From: a virus
Length of the DNA stretch: 64,000 nucleotides
IMG/VR virus record: IMGVR_UViG_3300018007_000001
Direction: 5' to 3' (one strand)
The position numbers and the translations under genes are program-made. This document shows positions 9,268 to 16,976 of the stretch, piece by piece (the stretch's first letter is position 1; each line of letters opens with the position of its first letter). A model generated the notes under the pieces. That model searched no databases, was not told the origin of the DNA, and was given only the letters and a program-made list of their open reading frames with translations.

Positions 9268-9863
9268 AGCGAAACGACCTCCGGGCTTTGCTCAGATTGC
9301 TCGACCTCAAACAAAAACTCAGAATTGCGATTCTCCCATTCCGTGACAGATAGTGCGTAGAGTTCCGCAGCGACTTCCGCGTCATTCTGCTTGCGAGGAT
9401 TGATCAGCCCAATACTCTTAGCCCCGATCTGGAAATAGAGCCTCTTGAGTGGTTCATTGTGAGCCAGAACCGGAAAGAAAACAAGATCGGCGCCGCTGTC
9501 GTCAAACAACTCGCGAAGAGCCAGATTCATAGCCGTGCGCGTGTATCGGCCTCGCCAAATGTCTGCCTTGAAAATTGCCGACATCTGGGCCGGGCATTTC
9601 AATTCCGGAATCAACCAGCCGCTGGCGTATTCCTGCGGAGCTCTCGCTTCGATATACCCGCCAATTTCGCCGTCGTGATAGACCGCCCAACTCGAATAGT
9701 TTTCGTTGTATTGGCAGCTTTTCATGAAGGAGTCAAGATCCTGCGGCATTGAATCATCGACAACGCTATCCTTGATCCGCTCGCGCCAGGCGAACAGCAT
9801 TGGAAGTTCGACCCGCGGGAAAGGTGAGGAAATCGTTATGTAAGGATTGTAGGAATGGCTCAT
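9264..9863 (-). CDS. GNAT-family N-acetyltransferase (RimJ/RimL-like)
   Basis: 199 aa. The C-terminal half, ...RGRYTRTAMNLALRELFDDSGADLVFFPVLAHNEPLKRLYFQIGAKSIGLI..., matches the GNAT motif A/B arrangement by eye. Confidence 0.55.
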   Translation of the reverse strand: MSHSYNPYITISSPFPRVELPMLFAWRERIKDSVVDDSMPQDLDSFMKSCQYNENYSSWAVYHDGEIGGYIEARAPQEYASGWLIPELKCPAQMSAIFKADIWRGRYTRTAMNLALRELFDDSGADLVFFPVLAHNEPLKRLYFQIGAKSIGLINPRKQNDAEVAAELYALSVTEWENRNSEFLFEVEQSEQSPEVVSL

Positions 9864-10138
9864 TGACCCTCAACTTCAACCTGCTTTACAAATCCAGAGA
9901 TCATAACCAGCTCCATACCATCGCCCTTAAAAACCAAGCCGATGCCTCGCGGCCTACCAAAGCCGTCAAGGGTCCCTGGCGTATCAAAGCCCTCAAGCGT
10001 TACGTCGATGATTTCGGGAGCGGGCGCACCGACGCCATCTATGATTTCCGGATATACTTTGATCGGTAGATCACCGTAAATTTCGATCAATTGTTCCACT
10101 TTTGCTTTAAGCTCTGACCAATTCATTTGATACCCCAA
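9860..10138 (-). CDS. hypothetical protein
   Basis: 92-aa ORF whose stop overlaps the GNAT start (ATGA). It also overlaps the lysozyme 3' end by 16 nt. Confidence 0.55.
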   Translation of the reverse strand: MGYQMNWSELKAKVEQLIEIYGDLPIKVYPEIIDGVGAPAPEIIDVTLEGFDTPGTLDGFGRPRGIGLVFKGDGMELVMISGFVKQVEVEGQ

Positions 10139-10698
10139 AATGATTTGAACGCCGCCATATCTCCATTGAACAGATCGATGTCAACGACTCCGAGCCCGGG
10201 AAAATTCTTAATCGCGTTCTGCCAAATCAGGTAGCTTTGAAACCCCTCGGGAAGATTCGGTTTCGGACCATGCTCAGCCAGCCAGAGGGGATAAAATCTC
10301 AGCATGTCCGTGTCGTGTTCCTTGAGCCAGGAGCCGCTGTAAAGAATAGTTCGGCCGGGTCGGAAGATTCCGACCTTCGCCAGAAAGAGGGTCGCTTGGC
10401 CTGCGCTCATTGACTCGCCCGTAGGGTTCGGTTCGAAGTCCAATGCCAAAACATCGGCCGTGCTTGCGACTCTCATAAAATGCTCGGACTGAAAAACCGG
10501 GTCGTCCCCGGTTCCGAAGTGATAAGCCCCTACCGGAATTCCGAGATCCCGACATTCCTTCAATCGCTCTTCATAAGTAGGGTCAACGAAGGTGAGGCCC
10601 TCAGTGGCTTTCAAAAAGACGAATTGAAGCCCGCTCTCTTTGGCGATCGAGAGTTCTATGCCGGTGTTGAAGTGACTCAGATCCGCACCTATGACCAT
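10123..10698 (-). CDS. GH25-family lysozyme (endolysin)
   Basis: IGADLSHFNTGIEL...LQFVFLKATEGLTFVDPTYEERL...GIPVGAYHF follows the GH25 muramidase N-terminal signature (G-x-D-x-S-H ... IKATEG ... GAYHF). Confidence 0.8.
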   Translation of the reverse strand: MVIGADLSHFNTGIELSIAKESGLQFVFLKATEGLTFVDPTYEERLKECRDLGIPVGAYHFGTGDDPVFQSEHFMRVASTADVLALDFEPNPTGESMSAGQATLFLAKVGIFRPGRTILYSGSWLKEHDTDMLRFYPLWLAEHGPKPNLPEGFQSYLIWQNAIKNFPGLGVVDIDLFNGDMAAFKSFWGIK

Positions 10699-10709
10699 TT
10701 CTCTCCTGT

Positions 10710-11171
10710 TTAACCGAAGGCCGCCCCTAGCCCGCTTACAATGTCAGAGAATGGGCTCGGCGTGTTTGTCGTCTGTCCGGTCGTTGTAGTCGATAGCGGG
10801 GTATTGAACCTGAAGGCGTTCCCGATCATCTGTTGCCAGGTTTGATTCGCCTGGTCTTCCAAATTCGAATAAGCCGCCTGCTTCGCGTTCGAGGTCGCAA
10901 TCGCGTTTGATTCAAGGTTCGATCCTTCCTTGCCGGAAGTTCCGTAGCCCTGGCCCGCGAGTGTCTCTTCAATGTTCTGAGCATTTGCGTTGCCCTGACT
11001 GTTGATAGCCGTCGCACTTTCATCCTTTTGAGCCTGGGTCACGGTCGGCCCGCGCTTGAGCGCGCCGAGGATGGTTTGGAAAAGCTGAGAGTTCATGATG
11101 TTTTGCATCGGGTTTAGGTTGGCGGTCGTTGTCCCCGAGCTGGTTCCGGTGTTCGTGAAGGCGCTAGGCAT
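10710..11171 (-). CDS. hypothetical Q/N/T/S-rich protein
   Basis: 153-aa ORF with low-complexity polar composition, located between GNAT-2 and the lysozyme. Confidence 0.5.
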   Translation of the reverse strand: MPSAFTNTGTSSGTTTANLNPMQNIMNSQLFQTILGALKRGPTVTQAQKDESATAINSQGNANAQNIEETLAGQGYGTSGKEGSNLESNAIATSNAKQAAYSNLEDQANQTWQQMIGNAFRFNTPLSTTTTGQTTNTPSPFSDIVSGLGAAFG

Positions 11172-11196
11172 AATTGAAAGTCCCCCTTGCCGCTTT

Positions 11197-11682
11197 TCAA
11201 TCTCTATATATGCCGTAAGATACCATATCTACCATTTCGCCACAACGCTGAGTGTGCTTAAACAGCGTTCCCTCATACCGAGCCCCGATTCTATCAAGCA
11301 AACCGATCACACGATGATTGTCCGCATAGGCCAGACACCAGAGCTTTTTGTAGCCGAGGCTCCAAAGCAATTGTTGGCCCTGACAGACTGCCGGGATCAC
11401 GGTTTCGGCGCCCCAGAATTCGCGCTTGAGAAAAACATGGACTTGGCAAAGAGACGGGTCAAGATGAATCGCGCTCAAAACGCCGCCGAGTTCTCGGTCG
11501 CGGTAGACGCCTCGCGCGATCGTGATTGGCGATTCGGCGCGTTTCATCTCCATGAAGTCTTCGAGGGTCTTAGGGCTAAAATCGTTAGCTACGCGGTCCC
11601 AAAAAGGCTTGAACCAAACCCAGGCGGCCGGCCAGTCTGCGTCATCCCAGGGGTGAAGGGTGATCATACTCGTTGCTGGCAC
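11197..11682 (-). CDS. GNAT-family N-acetyltransferase (RimJ/RimL-like)
   Basis: 161 aa. ...VHVFLKREFWGAETVIPAVCQGQQLLWSLGYKKLWCLAYADNHRVIGLLDRIGARYEGTLFKH...DMVSYGI matches the GNAT core. The start overlaps the methyltransferase 3' end by 19 nt. Confidence 0.65.
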   Translation of the reverse strand: MPATSMITLHPWDDADWPAAWVWFKPFWDRVANDFSPKTLEDFMEMKRAESPITIARGVYRDRELGGVLSAIHLDPSLCQVHVFLKREFWGAETVIPAVCQGQQLLWSLGYKKLWCLAYADNHRVIGLLDRIGARYEGTLFKHTQRCGEMVDMVSYGIYRD

Positions 11683-13502
11683 AAAACAACTTCAAAATCA
11701 ATTTTTGTTTCAGGATGCTTCGATTCATAGATCCTCCTAAAGAAGCTCTTTCGGGCTGTTTCAATTATATCGACGCCACCATCAAGCCGGCCCTGTTCGC
11801 CGTGGTGTTTGACGAGTAAGGCATGGTGGATATGGAGGGTTCGGAATCCCACCGCTTCGCAGAGTTGCCGCCACTGGTCGGGAAAATCGACATATTTTTT
11901 CCGCCTCACATATCCCTTTAAGACCCAAATTGCGTGCGCGCCTGGAGCAAGGACAAGATGGGTTTGTTCGACTATCTGACGAGCGGCCGGCCAAAAGTCA
12001 TTCGCCATTTGCCCCTTCGACTCTGCGGCATAACCCCTCCCGTAACCGGGCTGACCGCCTTCGTTCTTGTTCCAAGAGTCCATTTGATGTTTGTGGTGCC
12101 CACCTGTTTCATACGGCGGGCTCGAAATCATCGCCCCTAACTGCCCTTCGGTATGCCCGTATTCCGCTGTTAGTGTTTTGTCCTTGCGCCGTTTGGGATC
12201 TTTGAACAATCCGCCTCGTTTGTCGGGGTCATCGCTGGCGAGCGATTCAGCGTAGGGCGGGGAACCGACAACCAAAGCGTGATTGCCCTCTTTCATTGCT
12301 CCGAGTTGGCCCGATGTTTGCCCATAGCCTTCGGCGTGGGCCTGAGAGTTTTTGCCGGCTGGATTACCTGTTAGCTTGCTGGCGTCAATGCCGTTGCCGT
12401 CATGAACACTGGCGGCATAAGGCGGCGAACCCACGGCCAAGCCGGGCGTCGACGTCCAGGCTTCAGGATCGTGGTTTGTCGGAACATCCCCTTTGACCGA
12501 TGGCGTTGTGTTCTGGCGGGCGTCAACAAAGGGTGGCGAGCCGATAGCCGCCCCGTAATTCAGTTGAGCCCGCAAGGTGCGCTCGTGCTTTGTTCCCGGT
12601 CCCCGCTTTCGGCCTTTAGATGAAGGCCCGACCTTGCTCCAGTCGATTCCGTGATCTTGGGCGTTGACCGAATCCGCGTATGGCGGACTCCCCACGGCCA
12701 TCCTTAGCCCCTCTTCGGTCGCGGGGAGGTTGCCAAGATTGCCGTCCGTTGAACCATATTCCACCATCTTAGCGTGCCCAGTTTTGTCGGTCGTAAGGTA
12801 GCCGGTAGCGGGGACGAGCCGTTCCGTTAATATGCCGTGGTCGAACCTGTCATCGAGATCAAGGATATCCTTCAGCATCACCCAGTGTGCTGGCGTCGGT
12901 ATTTCCGTCCCGGCGGGCCTGCCCTCGTACCATGAATACAGAGTGACAGTACCAAGCGCGGAGTCGACATCTTTTCTGCTCAGGCCCTTTGCCTTACGGG
13001 CCTCGCGGAGATAGGCGGCAACGGCCTTTGCGTCTGGCAAAAACGGCCTAGTGCGCTTCTCCTCTGGGCGACTCCCAACGGTGCCGAGTGAATCACAAAA
13101 CGGCGGACTCGAAACCACGATCCCCGCCTGCTGCAAAACCTCGCTCAGTCGCCGCGAATCGCCCTGAATAATTCGTGCTGTTCCAAAGCCAGGGACCGTG
13201 TACATGTATCGGGCCATCCATGTACCGATGTTCGCGTTGCCGAGTAAGGCGAACTTGTTTTCCAATTCGCAGCCGACCCAATGACAGCCTGCTAACATAC
13301 AATCTAGAGCGCCCAGAGCAACGCCCCCGAAGGGATCAACGACGATAGATCCTGACGGAAGCCAGCCCTCAGAGCGAGCGTGCTCGTAGATACGCCGGAT
13401 CAGCCCACGGGAAAATTTAGCCGGGTGCGCGAACGCATCCTCCACGATCACGCCTTTCCAGTTGTCGTCATAACAACCAGCCCATTCGTCGGGTTCAATC
13501 AC
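11664..13502 (-). CDS. N6A/N4C-type DNA methyltransferase with six (S)PP(Y/F) motif-IV copies
   Basis: GTG start with GAGG 8 nt upstream. HPAKF...VVDPFGGVALGA...GCELE is the SAM-binding motif I region. SPPF/SPPY sit at aa 132, 272, 322, 359, 414 and 461 (nt 13098-13109, 12678-12689, 12528-12539, 12417-12428, 12252-12263, 12111-12122). The C-terminal FWPAARQIVEQTHLVLAPGAHAIWV is the usual post-motif-IV region. Confidence 0.8.
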   Translation of the reverse strand: MIEPDEWAGCYDDNWKGVIVEDAFAHPAKFSRGLIRRIYEHARSEGWLPSGSIVVDPFGGVALGALDCMLAGCHWVGCELENKFALLGNANIGTWMARYMYTVPGFGTARIIQGDSRRLSEVLQQAGIVVSSPPFCDSLGTVGSRPEEKRTRPFLPDAKAVAAYLREARKAKGLSRKDVDSALGTVTLYSWYEGRPAGTEIPTPAHWVMLKDILDLDDRFDHGILTERLVPATGYLTTDKTGHAKMVEYGSTDGNLGNLPATEEGLRMAVGSPPYADSVNAQDHGIDWSKVGPSSKGRKRGPGTKHERTLRAQLNYGAAIGSPPFVDARQNTTPSVKGDVPTNHDPEAWTSTPGLAVGSPPYAASVHDGNGIDASKLTGNPAGKNSQAHAEGYGQTSGQLGAMKEGNHALVVGSPPYAESLASDDPDKRGGLFKDPKRRKDKTLTAEYGHTEGQLGAMISSPPYETGGHHKHQMDSWNKNEGGQPGYGRGYAAESKGQMANDFWPAARQIVEQTHLVLAPGAHAIWVLKGYVRRKKYVDFPDQWRQLCEAVGFRTLHIHHALLVKHHGEQGRLDGGVDIIETARKSFFRRIYESKHPETKIDFEVVLCQQRV

Positions 13503-13513
13503 TGGTAAACCTC

Positions 13514-13554
13514 AAAAAAATCGCCCGGCGCGGGTATGCGCCCCTACGCCGGGC
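13514..13554 (-). terminator. intrinsic terminator (GCCCGGCG/CGCCGGGC stem followed by U7)
   Basis: On the minus strand the 8-bp GC stem (13547-13554 pairs with 13523-13530) is followed by GATTTTTTT (forward A-run 13514-13520). It lies about 10 nt before the SD of the methyltransferase. Confidence 0.6.
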
Positions 13555-13607
13555 CTTTCGTTAAAGGAGAACAAAATCCAAAGAAAGATGAAATGTTCAA
13601 TTCAAAC
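13514..13607 (-). ncRNA. candidate ~95-nt small RNA or leader (promoter to terminator unit)
   Basis: Bounded by promoter f (-10 at 13614-13619) and the terminator at 13514-13554. No start codon is usable from that TSS. Contains UUCUCCUUU (anti-SD-like). Confidence 0.3.
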
Positions 13608-13613
13608 AGGTCC

Positions 13614-13654
13614 AACATACACCCAAACCGAATTCGGCGCAATTCCCCGTTTGG
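13614..13654 (-). promoter_or_regulatory. family promoter f: CCAAACGGGGAATTGCGC-N17-TATGTT
   Basis: -35 TTGCGC (13637-13642), 17-nt spacer, -10 TATGTT (13614-13619). The GGGGAA extension is shared with the other family copies. Confidence 0.5.
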
Positions 13655-13659
13655 GGAAA

Positions 13660-15984
13660 CTAGGTCAGAAGAACGGATTTCAGCACGCCGCCGATATTCG
13701 CCCACAGCTTCGTGTCCCCGCTTCCGGAATTGTACCAAACGGCAAACCTGCCCTCTAAAATATCGGAAGTCGTCGGGTCGCTCGCTGACTCATAAGCCGC
13801 AATTCCATTATGCGCGATCAGCGCCCTTGTAATTATCAACCCGCTCGCGTCCAGGATGTCGGTCGAGATTCGCGCTGAATTGATCTTCCTGGCCGAGACT
13901 GAACCTGTAGTGATGCTCGGACAGGTAAAGCCGCCCACGTCGAAAATCGCAACTGCATATTCCCCGGAACTCTGCGCGCCGACAACAAGGTACTTTCCAG
14001 CCGCTACGGGTTTTCCGGTTGTCCAGGGGTTCACGCTAGGAATCACATTGCCCCCTGAGTCCGTCCCGGCAAAGGGCCCGCTTGATGTCTGATTCGCCGT
14101 AAGGCCGCTCAGATCCTCGCCGGTCGCCACTTCGCCCACAAGCTGAGCCGAACCTACCGTATCACCATTAGCCCCGAATATCTGGCCGTCCGCCACATCG
14201 ATCCAGCCGAGCCCCTTCACACTGAGCCCGTCGATTATCGTATTCAGGTCGTAGGCGCTTCCTTCATTGTTGACAAATTCGACAACCCAAAGCGTCCCGT
14301 TTAGGTCGGTCAGATAGATTATCGTTCCTTCGGCGATCACGTCGGCGACGCCAGAAAAACCGCTTGCGCTGACTGCGAGAGTAGGGGAAACAGGGTCGCT
14401 GATGTCGTAGACAAACAATTCGCCCGCGGACGTGTCTACGAGAAGGAGCCATTCGGTGTTGCCCCAAACACTCGTAAAACTTCCATCGCCGAAAGTCGCC
14501 ACAAGCAGAGGATCGGCCGGGTAGGTTATATCGAAGATGGAGCAATGCGCGTCCCCAAGCGCTAGGTACAATTGATAGCCGCAGACGTCCATGTCCTTGA
14601 CAGCGCCAGCAATCGAGAAATTTCCAACATACTTAGGATTCTGAGGGTTCCGGACGTCGAGGATCCAAACCTTGCTTGTAGAGTCGTCCGTGAAATAAAC
14701 AAAGCCGGCGCTTGAGCAGGCCCGTCCGTTCTTCCCGATGGTCCCGGCTTCAAAAGGAATCAAATAGGCGGCGCTCACGAGCGTTTCAATATCAACTGTC
14801 CAGACGCAGATTGTTCCCGAGGCGTCGCCGGGCCCGCCAGTCCCCCCGCCCCCGCCGCCGCCTTCTTCCAGATGCCAGATTGAAAACTCAACCTGAAGGG
14901 CCGTCACATCAGAAGCGCTCTGATCAATCGTGTAGAGTGTGAGGCCGTCGCTCGACATATCGAACGCCGAAACACCGCCATAGCCAGAGGTCGGCCAGTC
15001 TGGGTAGTCGGTCGAAAAATAAGGCGTGTCCGGATCCTGCGTTGGCGAAGCTATGTCGCTGATGTCAAAGACCGTGATGTCCCCTTGGCCACAATAGAGC
15101 TTAGTGCCATCACCCGTGACCCTAAAGGGTTCGCCGCCAAGGATCAGTCCTGTACTTATCAGGGCGCCGGTATCGTCGTAAAGCCACTGATTTACGTTGT
15201 TTTGAAAATAGACGTAGCCTGTTCCGCTCACCGCAAAGGCGCTCACCGAAGCGCCCAGAATACTTACGTCGATTAGTGCGATTCGCGCGAGCGTGTGTGT
15301 ATTCAGGATTAAGAGCCCAGAGTCTTCGGCTTCGGTTCCGTTGCTGTTGTAGATGCAAAAGACAGTCGCGCCAGCCGCTTCCGCCGCGATGTCGTCGCCT
15401 ACGGGTTGAATGGCGCTCAACGTCGTGTCGTCGCCAGGCGGGCCGATCGGATTATCGGAAACGATCACCAAGTCTGAGGGAGCAGTGAGACTTTGCGAGG
15501 CCGCGGCTTCTCCATGCCAGGGTGGCCCCCCAGGTTCAGGCGTACCTCCTATTATTTCCGAATCGGCGCCAACGCCAAGAATAACAATCCCGTCCGTGCC
15601 TTCAACGATCGCATTGACGGTGATCCCGATTTGTGGAGGCGTTCCGGCGTCAACAAAATCCGTGCCCGAATAAGACGTTGCAAGATTCAGGGAAGACGGG
15701 TCGGAGATGTCAAACACGTACACGATTTGCGAGCCCTTGACCAGTACGTAATAATTTGTCCCGTCAATTGCATATTGAGTGAAGGCGTTGCCATCGCTGA
15801 AACTGGCAAAACTGAGAATAGCGGGCGAGGCCGGGGTACTTATATCAATCGCGGTTAGCGTGACAGTTCCGCCGCCGATGCGGTGGCCGTCCAGGTAAAA
15901 CGCAGTTGTTCCGATCACATCAAGCGCAAGGGGCGCAGTGCCTATAGCGTCAAGGTGTGAAATTGGATTGAGAACCAGAGGCAT
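13660..15984 (-). CDS. LVIVD-repeat beta-propeller protein (tail fibre/receptor-binding candidate)
   Basis: 774 aa. Repeated strings YVFDISDPSSL, VFDISDIASPTQ, WILDVRNPQNPKYVG, SIFDITYPADPLLV and FVYDISDPVSPTL match the LVIVD repeat pattern. Confidence 0.6.
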   Translation of the reverse strand: MPLVLNPISHLDAIGTAPLALDVIGTTAFYLDGHRIGGGTVTLTAIDISTPASPAILSFASFSDGNAFTQYAIDGTNYYVLVKGSQIVYVFDISDPSSLNLATSYSGTDFVDAGTPPQIGITVNAIVEGTDGIVILGVGADSEIIGGTPEPGGPPWHGEAAASQSLTAPSDLVIVSDNPIGPPGDDTTLSAIQPVGDDIAAEAAGATVFCIYNSNGTEAEDSGLLILNTHTLARIALIDVSILGASVSAFAVSGTGYVYFQNNVNQWLYDDTGALISTGLILGGEPFRVTGDGTKLYCGQGDITVFDISDIASPTQDPDTPYFSTDYPDWPTSGYGGVSAFDMSSDGLTLYTIDQSASDVTALQVEFSIWHLEEGGGGGGGTGGPGDASGTICVWTVDIETLVSAAYLIPFEAGTIGKNGRACSSAGFVYFTDDSTSKVWILDVRNPQNPKYVGNFSIAGAVKDMDVCGYQLYLALGDAHCSIFDITYPADPLLVATFGDGSFTSVWGNTEWLLLVDTSAGELFVYDISDPVSPTLAVSASGFSGVADVIAEGTIIYLTDLNGTLWVVEFVNNEGSAYDLNTIIDGLSVKGLGWIDVADGQIFGANGDTVGSAQLVGEVATGEDLSGLTANQTSSGPFAGTDSGGNVIPSVNPWTTGKPVAAGKYLVVGAQSSGEYAVAIFDVGGFTCPSITTGSVSARKINSARISTDILDASGLIITRALIAHNGIAAYESASDPTTSDILEGRFAVWYNSGSGDTKLWANIGGVLKSVLLT

Positions 15985-15989
15985 TAGGT

Positions 15990-16700
15990 TTAACTTCCTC
16001 CGGTTTCAGCTACCGATGTGATCAGAACGAGGTAAGGACCGACGACCTGAACATCAGGCGTTACGAGCTGGCTGCCCCCGAATGTTTGATCGCCCGTTGA
16101 AGGCACGAGCGCATTCAAAAGCGCAAACTGCGAACCTCCGCAACCGGCCGAGCGCCCCCCACCGCCGCCGCCCTTTCCGCCGCCGCCAGGGGGACCAGAT
16201 CCTCCGGTTCCCCCTCCCGGCCCGGTCTTTCCGATGGTAGTCGTAGCGGTTGCCTGAGCATTGGTGATCCCCGCGTCTATCAGTCTGCGCGTCGTTCTGA
16301 GGTTCACGGCGTCGAGGTCATCCAGGGGGTCGGCAAGCCCGGCGATTCTATCCGCGCCGACGTTGGAATACGGAGCGGTCGCGCCCACTTTACCCGTCGC
16401 CGCGCCCCCGCCAAGCACTAAGGCTGGCTGAGTGACGCCCCGGTTGTCGGATTGAGTTTGCTTGGCGATTCCAACCGGCCCGAAATGTCCAGACTGCGCC
16501 GAATGAGCCTTGCCGAGCGTCGAAAGTATGCGCTGCATCTTTGAGCCGAGCCCGGGCAGCATTTTGTTCAAGGCGTCTATTTCACCGCCATTGAGAGATT
16601 CTTCGACGCGCCGCAAGTTTTGAAGATTGCGGATCGCGCTGCTAGGAGTAGGGCCAAAATGTCGGTTAGCTGGGGCCATTCTGGCATTAGGGTCTTTCAA
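15990..16700 (-). CDS. tail fibre-like protein with glycine-rich tract
   Basis: 236 aa. GLADPLDDLDAVNLRTTRRLID resembles the common fibre motif (P..xxDA.N..Y.D). Collagen-like tract GPGGGTGGSGPPGGGGKGGGGGG. Confidence 0.5.
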   Translation of the reverse strand: MKDPNARMAPANRHFGPTPSSAIRNLQNLRRVEESLNGGEIDALNKMLPGLGSKMQRILSTLGKAHSAQSGHFGPVGIAKQTQSDNRGVTQPALVLGGGAATGKVGATAPYSNVGADRIAGLADPLDDLDAVNLRTTRRLIDAGITNAQATATTTIGKTGPGGGTGGSGPPGGGGKGGGGGGRSAGCGGSQFALLNALVPSTGDQTFGGSQLVTPDVQVVGPYLVLITSVAETGGS

Positions 16701-16761
16701 CGAAAGTGGCTTTGACTTTGTAAGCGTTACCGAGCTTCGCGGGCGCGGACTTGAGGTAGTC

Positions 16762-16797
16762 CCGGCCGGTGAGGCATGTCCTGGCCGGTTTTTCTCC
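16762..16797 (+). terminator. plus-strand intrinsic-terminator-like hairpin
   Basis: CCGGCCGG (16762-16769) pairs with CTGGCCGG (16781-16788, one G-U), 11-nt loop, then TTTTTCTCC on the plus strand. There is no U-tract on the minus strand. Confidence 0.35.
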
Positions 16798-16847
16798 GTA
16801 CTACTCGCGGGATGCCGCCCATCGAGGTTCCGTTTTCCCTCAAGCCA

Positions 16848-16920
<73 letters not shown>

Positions 16921-16934
16921 ATAAATCGAAAATG

Positions 16935-16976
16935 AATATAAAGCCATTGTACTCTTAGGTCAATTCCCCATTTCGG
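16935..16976 (-). promoter_or_regulatory. family promoter a: CCGAAATGGGGAATTGACC-N17-TATATT, drives the tRNA
   Basis: -35 TTGACC (16958-16963), 17-nt spacer, -10 TATATT (16935-16940). The tRNA 5' end is 14 nt downstream of the -10. Confidence 0.6.

Noticed and set aside
13536-13832. 98-aa plus ORF and 64-aa minus ORF over the promoter-terminator unit
   Set aside because: Both cross the terminator hairpin and the end of the LVIVD gene. Both are arginine-rich. The AAAGGAG seen on the plus strand is 18 nt from the nearest ATG.
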